A DNA stretch of 64,000 bases, from IMG/VR virus record IMGVR_UViG_3300007169_000056, one strand, 5' to 3'. The notes below the pieces were generated by a model, which saw only the letters and a program-made list of their open reading frames with translations, made no database searches and was not told the origin of the DNA. The stretch's first letter is position 1. Each line of letters opens with the position of its first letter. A program made the position numbers and the translations under genes. This document shows positions 37,532 to 45,768 of the stretch, piece after piece. The stretch comes from a virus. Its lineage: Duplodnaviria > Heunggongvirae > Uroviricota > Caudoviricetes.

Positions 37532-37852
37532 ATGAGTTATCTAGGTGAAACAGTGGTGGATGTATCTACACATCCAGAATTCAAACATTATACAGCCAAT
37601 GATTGGGCAATGTCTTTTATTTCAAGATATGGTCAAATTGACGGTGCTCACCACAAAACGTGGGTATTGGATCAGGTTGCGCGATGTTTGAAAAATACAC
37701 CGATTGTAGTTTTAGAAGCTCGATGGACAGATCACGAATCGGAATATCGTATTCTCACAGGAGAACCCAGTGAAGAATACAAAGAATGGGTCAAGGACAT
37801 GACGAGTGGAGTCAACGAGGGATACGACTACGACACAGGAATTGCTCCTTGA
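37532..37852 (+). CDS. small hypothetical protein
   Basis: AGGA-like SD; its stop lies inside the next promoter copy. Confidence 0.4.
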   Translation: MSYLGETVVDVSTHPEFKHYTANDWAMSFISRYGQIDGAHHKTWVLDQVARCLKNTPIVVLEARWTDHESEYRILTGEPSEEYKEWVKDMTSGVNEGYDYDTGIAP

Positions 37853-37877
37853 CTCTCTATAATCTTCTTGGTAAAGT
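37849..37877 (+). promoter_or_regulatory. repeated promoter element copy 3 (TTGACTCTCTATAATCTTCTTGGTAAAGT)
   Basis: TTGACT, 17 nt, TAAAGT; ATG 6 nt after the -10. Confidence 0.45.
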
Positions 37878-37883
37878 AACTCT

Positions 37884-38372
37884 ATGAAAAATATTATTCC
37901 TCAAGACCGTGTGCTTAAACTGAACGACCCCAACGTCACAAAGCGTGAATATGACGCTATTATTGGAGAAATTGGAGAACGTGTGGATTATGTTTGGCGT
38001 AAACTATTGAAGATTTCGGGTCGTAGACTTAATTGGTATGCATTCCAGAACGACGTTGAGTATAATGATGGTGATGGAAGCAGTGGTGGAAGTTTTGATC
38101 CAGAAACCGATGGTGAATTCATTGAACTTTCGGGTGATTATGCAAGTAGGGAAGTTGATGGTGATTTTGCAACGGGATTTCCCACCCGTTTTTTGTGGAC
38201 CGATGACGATATTTGGACGAAAGAGGTTTTGGACCATGTTGATCAAAACAAGAAACTGAAAGAATCAGCGAAACAAAAGGCTGAACTTTCTAAGGTTGCT
38301 CGCACCAAGATTATTGAGTCAATCAAGAGTAAGTTGACCAAGGAAGAACTGAAGTACGTATCATTCAAATAA
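37884..38372 (+). CDS. hypothetical protein
   Basis: ORF after promoter copy 3. Confidence 0.4.
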   Translation: MKNIIPQDRVLKLNDPNVTKREYDAIIGEIGERVDYVWRKLLKISGRRLNWYAFQNDVEYNDGDGSSGGSFDPETDGEFIELSGDYASREVDGDFATGFPTRFLWTDDDIWTKEVLDHVDQNKKLKESAKQKAELSKVARTKIIESIKSKLTKEELKYVSFK

Positions 38373-38375
38373 TTT

Positions 38376-38522
38376 ATGGTTGAAACCGATATCACAAAAC
38401 GTTGGGAGCAAGGCATTCGTCATCATCCAAAAAGCATTGAAATCTTAAAAGCTATCATGAACAATGGATGGAAGACGAAAGAAATTCTAAAAACAAAACA
38501 TGTTGTGATTGACGTTCTATAA
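38376..38522 (+). CDS. small hypothetical protein (48 aa)
   Basis: hand-translated MVETDITKRWEQGIRHHPKSIEILK...; stop lies inside promoter copy 4. Confidence 0.3.
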   Translation: MVETDITKRWEQGIRHHPKSIEILKAIMNNGWKTKEILKTKHVVIDVL

Positions 38523-38537
38523 ACATCGTGGTAGGAT
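38509..38537 (+). promoter_or_regulatory. repeated promoter element copy 4 (TTGACGTTCTATAAACATCGTGGTAGGAT)
   Basis: 26 of 28 nt identical to copy 1; ATG 9 nt after the -10. Confidence 0.5.
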
Positions 38538-38546
38538 ATTGAAACT

Positions 38547-38861
38547 ATGAAGATCAAAACTTTTGTCATCGTTGTTGCTTCCATCGTCACTCTCACCGGA
38601 TGTCGTGGCCGCAACGATCCACAAACAAAGGCAAATAATTGGGTCAATGTCAATAATCCTGAATTTGTTGTGGATACTCCCAAGGGTAAACTGTTCCGAA
38701 TTTGGATTGATATGGGTGCAGGAAACCACCCGGATCGTATTTACTTTTTTGAAAATGCCACCAACAATACTATCAGTGTCAACAAAACTATCAGTAACGG
38801 AAAAAGCTCACATACCGAGACGATTGTGGTGATCGATGGTGTTGAGTATATTCGTAAGTAA
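38547..38861 (+). CDS. small lipoprotein
   Basis: signal peptide plus lipobox LTGCRG. Confidence 0.4.
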   Translation: MKIKTFVIVVASIVTLTGCRGRNDPQTKANNWVNVNNPEFVVDTPKGKLFRIWIDMGAGNHPDRIYFFENATNNTISVNKTISNGKSSHTETIVVIDGVEYIRK

Positions 38862-38866
38862 ACAAT

Positions 38867-39373
38867 ATGAGTGAAGAATCCAAAGAGTTCCGAAATGTTC
38901 ATTCCGCCAAGTTTTATCTCAACATTTACGTTGAACGTGGGCGTGATCTACGAGTAATTCGCAATATTCCAATTGATGAGATCGGACGTTTTGATGTGTG
39001 GCAATGTGTTTTTGAGAAGGAGCCAGAAGCATATCGGGAGCTTTGTGTCAAAGAATGGTATAATGATAACCTTAAATCGTCAGACAACGATGATGTAAAC
39101 AAATTCCGGTTGGAGTTCTCTGTTTACAGACTTATTCAACTTGAAGAATGGAACACTTCATTTACCGTGCAAGATGCGATTAAGATCATTTTTGATTGTT
39201 ATGGAACAGAGTGTTTGCCATTTCTCATTGAAAAAGCAGAAAAATGTGTGGAATCTCGAAAAGAAATTGTCAAGCCATATTACAAGCCCGACAACGAATG
39301 GGTTGGGTTTGCAGAAAGAGTATTAGAAAAATTGAAACAGTATGAACGACACTACACAGAAAAGGACCATTGA
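38867..39373 (+). CDS. hypothetical protein
   Basis: ORF only. Confidence 0.4.
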   Translation: MSEESKEFRNVHSAKFYLNIYVERGRDLRVIRNIPIDEIGRFDVWQCVFEKEPEAYRELCVKEWYNDNLKSSDNDDVNKFRLEFSVYRLIQLEEWNTSFTVQDAIKIIFDCYGTECLPFLIEKAEKCVESRKEIVKPYYKPDNEWVGFAERVLEKLKQYERHYTEKDH

Positions 39374-39485
39374 CGATGTTTGTGGTCAACCGAAAGGATC
39401 ATTTCAGAAGTTTTTACAAACGATTGAACTTGAAAACAAGCAATCCGAAGAACGAAGATCAGAAAGAATCAGAAAGCATATCAAT

Positions 39486-40268
39486 ATGAAGAATTTGTCA
39501 AACGAAATTGTGCAGTGGATCAAGGATTATGCCACCAAAAACAACCGTAAGTCGCTGGTCGTGGGTGTATCGGGTGGTGTGGACAGTGCGCTTGTGAGCA
39601 CTCTGTGTGCCATGACAGGTCTACCTACGCATTGTGTAGTGATGCCGTGTCAGACCAAGACAGATCAAACGGATCGTGGTAACAAGCACATTGAATGGCT
39701 TCGCAGCAAATTTGATAATGTTTACTACGAGTGTGTAGACCTTACCAACACGTTTGAAGCGTTTCAACGTGTGACCACCACTTGCTATCACAATAAATTG
39801 GGCTATGCCAACAGCAAGAGTCGGCTTCGCATGGTAACTTTGTATCAGATTGCCACGGCTACTAACGGTTTGGTTGTTGGAACCGGCAACAAGGTTGAAG
39901 ATTTTGGTGTGGGTTTCTTTACCAAATATGGTGACGGTGGTGTGGACATCAGCCCTATTGGAGATCTGCTCAAGAGCGAAGTGCGAACCATGTGTCGTGC
40001 TTTGGGAGTTCTTCCAGAACTTAGTGAAGCTGTTCCTACCGATGGACTGTGGGACGATACTCGTACCGACGAGGATCAAATTGGTGCTACGTATGACGAA
40101 TTGGAATGGGCTATGGAGTTTTTTGAATCAAACGATCCAGGCGACATTCATTTGTGGGGAGGCGAAGTGACCACTCGTCAGCGTGAAGTTCTTGCCATTT
40201 ACGACAAGTGGCACAATGCTGGTGCTCACAAATTGGCCCCAATTCCAGTCTTTGTGCGAAATGCGTAA
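39486..40268 (+). CDS. nadE: NH3-dependent NAD+ synthetase
   Basis: PP-loop SGGVDSALVSTLC; FFTKYGDGGVDISPIGDLLKSEV and the C-terminal region align with NadE; maximal ORF starts at 39342 but 39486 gives the canonical length. Confidence 0.75.
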   Translation: MKNLSNEIVQWIKDYATKNNRKSLVVGVSGGVDSALVSTLCAMTGLPTHCVVMPCQTKTDQTDRGNKHIEWLRSKFDNVYYECVDLTNTFEAFQRVTTTCYHNKLGYANSKSRLRMVTLYQIATATNGLVVGTGNKVEDFGVGFFTKYGDGGVDISPIGDLLKSEVRTMCRALGVLPELSEAVPTDGLWDDTRTDEDQIGATYDELEWAMEFFESNDPGDIHLWGGEVTTRQREVLAIYDKWHNAGAHKLAPIPVFVRNA

Positions 40269-40272
40269 ATCG

Positions 40273-40461
40273 ATGAAACAAAAGAACGTCAAGAAAATCA
40301 ATGAGATTGTGGGCAATTTGACGGAGTTGGAAACCGCTATTGCCCAACATTCTTATTATGATGGACCCGCTACCAAGACCAAACAACTGGAGTGGTTCCG
40401 CAAACTACAAGAAATTACTGCAAAGTTAAACAGAATTTATCGTGACGAAACCACGTTGTGA
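40273..40461 (+). CDS. small hypothetical protein
   Basis: start trimmed to the Met after the nadE stop. Confidence 0.3.
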   Translation: MKQKNVKKINEIVGNLTELETAIAQHSYYDGPATKTKQLEWFRKLQEITAKLNRIYRDETTL

Positions 40462-40487
40462 TTTCTATGTCTACTCAGTGATGTTGT

Positions 40488-40703
40488 ATGAGAACAATAT
40501 TCAATAAGGGAAAACAAATCTACAAATTTTTTCCAAATAAACAAAAATCCACTATGAACGAAAAAGACAACGCTGTCGATCAAAACAAAAAGAAATGGAT
40601 CAATCAGGACGTGAAGTTTTCGGTAAACTTTTCACTTGAATTTCCACGGTGGTTCTGGATGTTGATTTCTGGATTGATGTTGGCATTGATTGTTTTATGG
40701 TAA
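40488..40703 (+). CDS. small membrane protein
   Basis: C-terminal TM helix. Confidence 0.3.
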   Translation: MRTIFNKGKQIYKFFPNKQKSTMNEKDNAVDQNKKKWINQDVKFSVNFSLEFPRWFWMLISGLMLALIVLW

Positions 40704-40781
40704 AACGTTGACATTGGTTACTAACCGTGATACCATATGTAAACGGTATGAGTAAATCGTAGAAACAACAAATAAACAAAT

Positions 40782-41237
40782 ATGAATAATTCCGTTACAA
40801 ACAATATTCCACAAGAAACCATCAACAGTGTACTTGTTGACATCCTCAAGGGTGCCAAGGACGCAGGTAGTGAAATCTATGGTGCCAGCAAAACTGGCAT
40901 CATCAAGGCAGTGGATTTTGCTCAAGAGCAAGCTCCGTTGGTTGTGCAAGAGTTTTTGACATGGAAATTTGCACAAGCCACCATTTGGACTGTTATTAGT
41001 GTGATCGGATTGATTGTGTTGGGATATTGCATCAAGAAATGTATTAATTGGCTTGAAGAAAGCGGGGGTGGATCGATGGTTGGCATACTTTTTGGTGTAA
41101 TTTTATTTGTAGTGGTGATGTTTGTGGGATTGATTCCCAACGTTGAACAAATGGTCAAGGTCAAGGTGGCTCCCCGAGTATTCATCATCGAATGGGTTAG
41201 TGATCAGGTCAAACCTACAAATCATCACAACCGATAA
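40782..41237 (+). CDS. membrane protein (2-3 TM helices)
   Basis: hydrophobic segments. Confidence 0.4.
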   Translation: MNNSVTNNIPQETINSVLVDILKGAKDAGSEIYGASKTGIIKAVDFAQEQAPLVVQEFLTWKFAQATIWTVISVIGLIVLGYCIKKCINWLEESGGGSMVGILFGVILFVVVMFVGLIPNVEQMVKVKVAPRVFIIEWVSDQVKPTNHHNR

Positions 41238-41242
41238 AATTT

Positions 41243-41500
41243 ATGAAAGCATCTGAAGCACGTACTTTGAGTGAAAAAGCATGTAATTCATCGTTGAGTA
41301 TATATTTGAAAAATGTATATGAACATATCAGTAAACAAGCGAGTCTGGGACTTTCTACGGTATCAGTTAAATCTCCAAACAGTGTAATTATTACATCTGT
41401 AATGGAACAACTTCGTAAAGATGGATATCAAGTTAAACGAAAAAATGGATATGATCATCGAGACTGCGACAGTTGGGACTATTTGAATATTTCTTGGTAA
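41243..41500 (+). CDS. small hypothetical protein
   Basis: ORF only. Confidence 0.35.
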   Translation: MKASEARTLSEKACNSSLSIYLKNVYEHISKQASLGLSTVSVKSPNSVIITSVMEQLRKDGYQVKRKNGYDHRDCDSWDYLNISW

Positions 41501-41503
41501 ACT

Positions 41504-42067
41504 ATGAACTACGAAAAAGAAAAGTTGATTGAACGTGCAGAAATTCTTGGCGTATACGATATTGCATCAGTAGTTATTGCAGATCCACGTTTTGAATTGT
41601 GGAGTGGGTCTAGCAAACCTGAACAACACCACTATGGTAAGGGTGGTCTACTTAGACATACGCATGAAGTGGTTGAGTTGTGTATTACCAATTGTAGTCT
41701 GTTGCAACTAAATATCGATCAGGTAGAGTTGTATTTGAGTGCATTGTTTCATGATTGTGGTAAGATGTGGGATTATGAACCAGTTGATTCGATTATGAAT
41801 TCTTGGCGTAGCACCGAACACAAACGATTGATTCATCACATCAGTCGTAGTGCATTGGTTTGGAATAGTGCGTGTACATTTCGCCGGCTTAAGTATGGTA
41901 ATTATGCGGATAGTGTCACACACAACATTTTGTCCCACCATGGACATCGTGAATGGGGTAGTCCTGTGATGCCAAAGACGAAGGCAGCATGGTTGTTGCA
42001 TTTGTGTGATGGTATTAGTGCTAGAATGAATGACGCAGACAAATGTGATTTTGTAAAGAAAGTATGA
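41504..42067 (+). CDS. HD-domain phosphohydrolase
   Basis: HTHEVVE and LFHDCGK (H...HD) metal-binding motifs. Confidence 0.5.
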   Translation: MNYEKEKLIERAEILGVYDIASVVIADPRFELWSGSSKPEQHHYGKGGLLRHTHEVVELCITNCSLLQLNIDQVELYLSALFHDCGKMWDYEPVDSIMNSWRSTEHKRLIHHISRSALVWNSACTFRRLKYGNYADSVTHNILSHHGHREWGSPVMPKTKAAWLLHLCDGISARMNDADKCDFVKKV

Positions 42068-42459
42068 CTAAAGACTATTATAATTCGTTGATGAATCCTG
42101 GTTTTTTATCAAGCGAAAAAAGTAAAAAAGATGAGATTGAATCGATAAAAAAGGAAAATATAGAGTTAAAGGCAAAGTTGACATTGTTGGAAACACTATA
42201 TAATGATTTGCAAAAAAGGATCAATATGAAAGAAACGCAAATAGAAGATATAAATGAATTGACCCACGAAGATGGTAATCCCCTTGTTGGATGTAGAATG
42301 CACGTAGGACCTGTAGGATCAAAACATGGATGGTTTTTTACTGTATCAAAAGAACCAACTAGTACAAAGGAATACGTTGAAATATTGGAAGAATTGATTA
42401 GGATGGCAAAAGCTCCCGATGTTGAAGATACAGAGGTATTGGGTGATCGTTCTTTGTAA
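42064..42459 (+). CDS. coiled-coil hypothetical protein
   Basis: ORF only. Confidence 0.4.
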   Translation: MTKDYYNSLMNPGFLSSEKSKKDEIESIKKENIELKAKLTLLETLYNDLQKRINMKETQIEDINELTHEDGNPLVGCRMHVGPVGSKHGWFFTVSKEPTSTKEYVEILEELIRMAKAPDVEDTEVLGDRSL

Positions 42460-42462
42460 CAT

Positions 42463-43038
42463 ATGAACGACTATATTTGTCATAGTGGTGGATGTGAAGG
42501 TGCTGACATGGGTTGGGAGGAAATTGGGTATCACTATAATGTCAAAACCATTGCATATAGTTTTTACAATCATCGACAGCACGGTCGAAACCAAAAGATC
42601 TTGACCTCTGAAGAACTTCAAGAAGGATATTCTGCTGCAAGAATTGCTAGTAGATCCATCGGCAGACCTTTTGATACAATTCAATATCCATACATCAAAA
42701 ATCTATTGGCACGAAACTGGTTTCAAGTCAAGAACAGTGAGGCAATTTTTGCAATTGCCAAAAGTTTTTTGACCAATACAATTGTTGAAGGAGGAACTGG
42801 TTGGGCCGTTCAAATGGCAATTGATTGTGACAAACCGGTATATGTGTGGGTTCCCGATGCATCGTGCTTTACTGGAGGATATTGGTGTAGATATAAGCCG
42901 GTTGTGGGATTTGAAGGCATGCGTGGTGAGATTCCGAAGTTAACCAAGAATTTTGCTGGTATTGGAACGAGAGATTTGACCGACGCTGGTTTAGCAGCAA
43001 TTGCAGAAGTGTATAAAAATACGTTTGGGGATATATAA
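42463..43038 (+). CDS. SLOG-superfamily Rossmann-like protein (YpsA/DprA/LOG-like)
   Basis: N-terminal glycine-rich HSGGCEGADMGW and second GGTGWAVQ motif, as in SLOG/LOG nucleotide-binding domains. Confidence 0.35.
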   Translation: MNDYICHSGGCEGADMGWEEIGYHYNVKTIAYSFYNHRQHGRNQKILTSEELQEGYSAARIASRSIGRPFDTIQYPYIKNLLARNWFQVKNSEAIFAIAKSFLTNTIVEGGTGWAVQMAIDCDKPVYVWVPDASCFTGGYWCRYKPVVGFEGMRGEIPKLTKNFAGIGTRDLTDAGLAAIAEVYKNTFGDI

Positions 43039-43042
43039 CAAT

Positions 43043-43360
43043 ATGAATACAAAGACAAGTTACATCAAAGACGAATCGTATTATGCTGAAGCTGAATCGA
43101 TGCAAGATGGTTGGGGTGATACATTGCGTTGGATTGATGTTTTGAAAGACAAAATTCAATATAAGAAAGAAATCACTCTCAAAGAATTTTGTTATAGTTT
43201 ATATGGCGATGGTTGGTGTAGTCATACGTGGGATGCGTTCAAGATGTATTGTGAAGAAGAATTGAAGTATTCACGTAAGCGGTTGGTTTATGATGCTTGG
43301 AAAGGTGTGTTTGACAAGTGGGTAAACACAGAGTATGATCGTAGTAAATTCTATCGATGA
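43043..43360 (+). CDS. hypothetical protein
   Basis: start trimmed to MNTKTSY. Confidence 0.4.
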   Translation: MNTKTSYIKDESYYAEAESMQDGWGDTLRWIDVLKDKIQYKKEITLKEFCYSLYGDGWCSHTWDAFKMYCEEELKYSRKRLVYDAWKGVFDKWVNTEYDRSKFYR

Positions 43361-43361
43361 T

Positions 43362-43571
43362 ATGACCAAACCTATTGGAGCAACACAAAAACAACTTGAC
43401 GACAACGATATTGAGTGGGTATTGTGCGGAAGTTACAATATTGGTATGAATAAAGGTCCAGAGAAATGGGCATTACGTCACAGCACTGAATATGAATGGG
43501 CTAAGGAACGAACAATGTTGTTGCAAGAAATTGCTAATTTGAAACGAATCAATAAAAGTCTACAAAATTAA
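43362..43571 (+). CDS. small protein carrying repeat module A (KPIGATQKQLDDNDIEWVLCG...ERTMLLQEIANLKR)
   Basis: cgaTGAtATGa junction; paralogous to the C-terminus of the 50815 gene. Confidence 0.4.
   Translation: MTKPIGATQKQLDDNDIEWVLCGSYNIGMNKGPEKWALRHSTEYEWAKERTMLLQEIANLKRINKSLQN
43368..43556 (+). repeat. direct repeat module A (left copy) bracketing the small-gene array
   Basis: shares the 36-nt identical core gaacgaacaatgttgttgcaagaaattgctaatttg (43506-43541) with 51262-51297. Confidence 0.7.
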
Positions 43572-43575
43572 ATAT

Positions 43576-43842
43576 ATGATAACCACACACGAACTAATAA
43601 AAGGTACAAGCGAAGAAATTCTACAACATATAACATCCAAACCAACATATAGTCACAGAGATAGTTTTGACATACAAACACAACTGGACACTATTGGGTT
43701 GGAAAAACAAGGCATGGTGTTTTATCTCGAACAACCAGATGCATCAAATTTTGTTTTTAAAAATGTATATGTTCATATCATTGATGGTGTTCGAAGAAAA
43801 CATATGGAAGATGTTTTAATTGATAAATATACTGTAAAATAA
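43576..43842 (+). CDS. small hypothetical protein
   Basis: array ORF. Confidence 0.4.
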   Translation: MITTHELIKGTSEEILQHITSKPTYSHRDSFDIQTQLDTIGLEKQGMVFYLEQPDASNFVFKNVYVHIIDGVRRKHMEDVLIDKYTVK

Positions 43843-43843
43843 T

Positions 43844-44113
43844 ATGAGAAAATACCCAAAAGAATGTAAATCTCCTGATCCTGATTTTGACTGGACCAAA
43901 ATCAAATGGACAAAATACAAGATTGTTGTGCCAACCAAAGCCGATGAAAAAGAACTAAGAGATGCGTTTAGACATATTCACGATTCAGATATTGATACAG
44001 ATTATATCGCCGTCAATCAATTGGCACATGAATATCTTGAAGACGATGGTTGTTGTAGTATCATTGTAGATAAAGAATTATATGAAGCACTAAATAAAAA
44101 AGAAAATAAATAA
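43844..44113 (+). CDS. small acidic hypothetical protein
   Basis: array ORF. Confidence 0.4.
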   Translation: MRKYPKECKSPDPDFDWTKIKWTKYKIVVPTKADEKELRDAFRHIHDSDIDTDYIAVNQLAHEYLEDDGCCSIIVDKELYEALNKKENK

Positions 44114-44114
44114 T

Positions 44115-44681
44115 ATGAACCGCCGAAAATTTATTACATCAACCGCACGTGCATTGCCATCAGTGACAGTGCTTGGTGCAATATCAACTCAACTTACCAA
44201 GACTTATAGAAGTCCAAAAAGCGTCTTTACAAATGAAGAATTAACTGAGTGGTGTGAAAAGAATGGTGGTCACTACGCTCAAGACAATGAATTGGTATAT
44301 GCTTATTATCAGACAAGTGATAGGGAATATGACCCAAAAAGTCCAAATGCGTATAAAGATCCATATAAGTCATTTAGACATTTGATTTTTCATATTCCAA
44401 CAGAATGTGATAAATACGAAGCACTCAATCGGTGGTTGGTATTTTATAGCCACAAGTATGGCAGTTATAGATTCATCATCAAAGACATCTATTATCCAGA
44501 TTATGTGATTGAAAATACCAAAATGATGCCTTTGATTGCGTCAACCAGAGAATATCCCAACGGTAAATCGCATGGATTTGGTTCTCCGATTTTTGATATC
44601 AAATCACACAAATACATTGTTCCAACATTTGAAGAACTGGATGAACGAACACTCAATTTTACAGGATTCAAATCTGTATGA
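44115..44681 (+). CDS. hypothetical protein, paralog B (FTNEELTEWCEKNGGHYAQDNEL)
   Basis: shares motifs with the 49518 gene. Confidence 0.45.
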   Translation: MNRRKFITSTARALPSVTVLGAISTQLTKTYRSPKSVFTNEELTEWCEKNGGHYAQDNELVYAYYQTSDREYDPKSPNAYKDPYKSFRHLIFHIPTECDKYEALNRWLVFYSHKYGSYRFIIKDIYYPDYVIENTKMMPLIASTREYPNGKSHGFGSPIFDIKSHKYIVPTFEELDERTLNFTGFKSV

Positions 44682-44863
44682 ACGAACGAGACATTCTACG
44701 TATAGCAAAACAAAGTGCAAAAAAGTTGGGATTACCTTCTCGATCTAAACGAATTTTACTAGAATATTTTGATGATTTTTTATGGTTTTTTGTTGCAACT
44801 TATATACGAATAGTATTTACCGTTGTACCAAAGAGATATCGTCATCTGTTTTTTAACCCATGA
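44678..44863 (+). CDS. small hypothetical protein
   Basis: array ORF. Confidence 0.3.
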   Translation: MNERDILRIAKQSAKKLGLPSRSKRILLEYFDDFLWFFVATYIRIVFTVVPKRYRHLFFNP

Positions 44864-45111
44864 ATATAATTTACGTTACATATGCAGTAGGCCCTCATTT
44901 GCAAGAGCTTGATTTGATTGAGCGTTTGTGCAAGTATGAGGGATACAGTGTTGCATTGATTTATCCGGAGAATCCGGATTTCAAACGATACTACAAGGGA
45001 GGACATCCAGCTATTCTGTTTTACGAGGAAGTTGACAAAGATCCCACTGTGTTGTATGGATTTTGGCAATTGGCAGAGTTTATGTTGAAACATGGAATGA
45101 TACGTTGTTGA
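44860..45111 (+). CDS. small hypothetical protein
   Basis: array ORF. Confidence 0.35.
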   Translation: MNIIYVTYAVGPHLQELDLIERLCKYEGYSVALIYPENPDFKRYYKGGHPAILFYEEVDKDPTVLYGFWQLAEFMLKHGMIRC

Positions 45112-45116
45112 CTACT

Positions 45117-45299
45117 ATGAATAGTATAACATCTGATATAGAAAAAATCATTAAAGATGGAAAAGGTTGGGGATCAGCATGGTATAGTCATGATGACAAG
45201 GTTCAATTGGATGGCACATTCTCAATTCAAGTATTGAGAGATATTGCCGATTTGGTTGAACGATGTATAAAGGAAGCTTCCAATAAACAGAAGGATTGA
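45117..45299 (+). CDS. small hypothetical protein
   Basis: start trimmed; ends in the AAGGATTGATATG junction. Confidence 0.35.
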   Translation: MNSITSDIEKIIKDGKGWGSAWYSHDDKVQLDGTFSIQVLRDIADLVERCIKEASNKQKD

Positions 45300-45300
45300 T

Positions 45301-45513
45301 ATGAAAAAACCAACCATCGTCACGACTGAACATCAAAGAAAATGGAACAAAGAAACTGTGGGAGTCACTCATATTGTTAGATATGATACTGAGTCAGAAC
45401 GCAGTTTTGTTACCAAAATAGATAAAGATACTGGCGAAGAACATTTTGATCATTGGGAGACACCAGATTTCCGACAACTAATCAAAGAAAAATACAATAT
45501 TGATGTCAAATAA
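45301..45513 (+). CDS. small hypothetical protein
   Basis: bounded by conserved junctions. Confidence 0.4.
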   Translation: MKKPTIVTTEHQRKWNKETVGVTHIVRYDTESERSFVTKIDKDTGEEHFDHWETPDFRQLIKEKYNIDVK

Positions 45514-45521
45514 GGATTGAT

Positions 45522-45767
45522 ATGAATGAAGATTACAATGTGCTTGGATTTGTGGCATTTATAAAGAATGGTGAACGCCACTATGGATGTCGTGGAAGAG
45601 GAAAAGACTATGATGATTTTTATGGTAGATTTCTAAATGGAAAATCATACAAATGCACTTCAGAAGATTTTCCTTGGGATTATTTTATATTCACTGATAT
45701 TAATGATGAACAACTCTTCTTGAAAGAATATTCATCAAAAATAGACTTTATAACTTCCGAGGATTGA
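45522..45767 (+). CDS. small hypothetical protein
   Basis: bounded by conserved junctions. Confidence 0.4.
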   Translation: MNEDYNVLGFVAFIKNGERHYGCRGRGKDYDDFYGRFLNGKSYKCTSEDFPWDYFIFTDINDEQLFLKEYSSKIDFITSED

Positions 45768-45768
45768 T

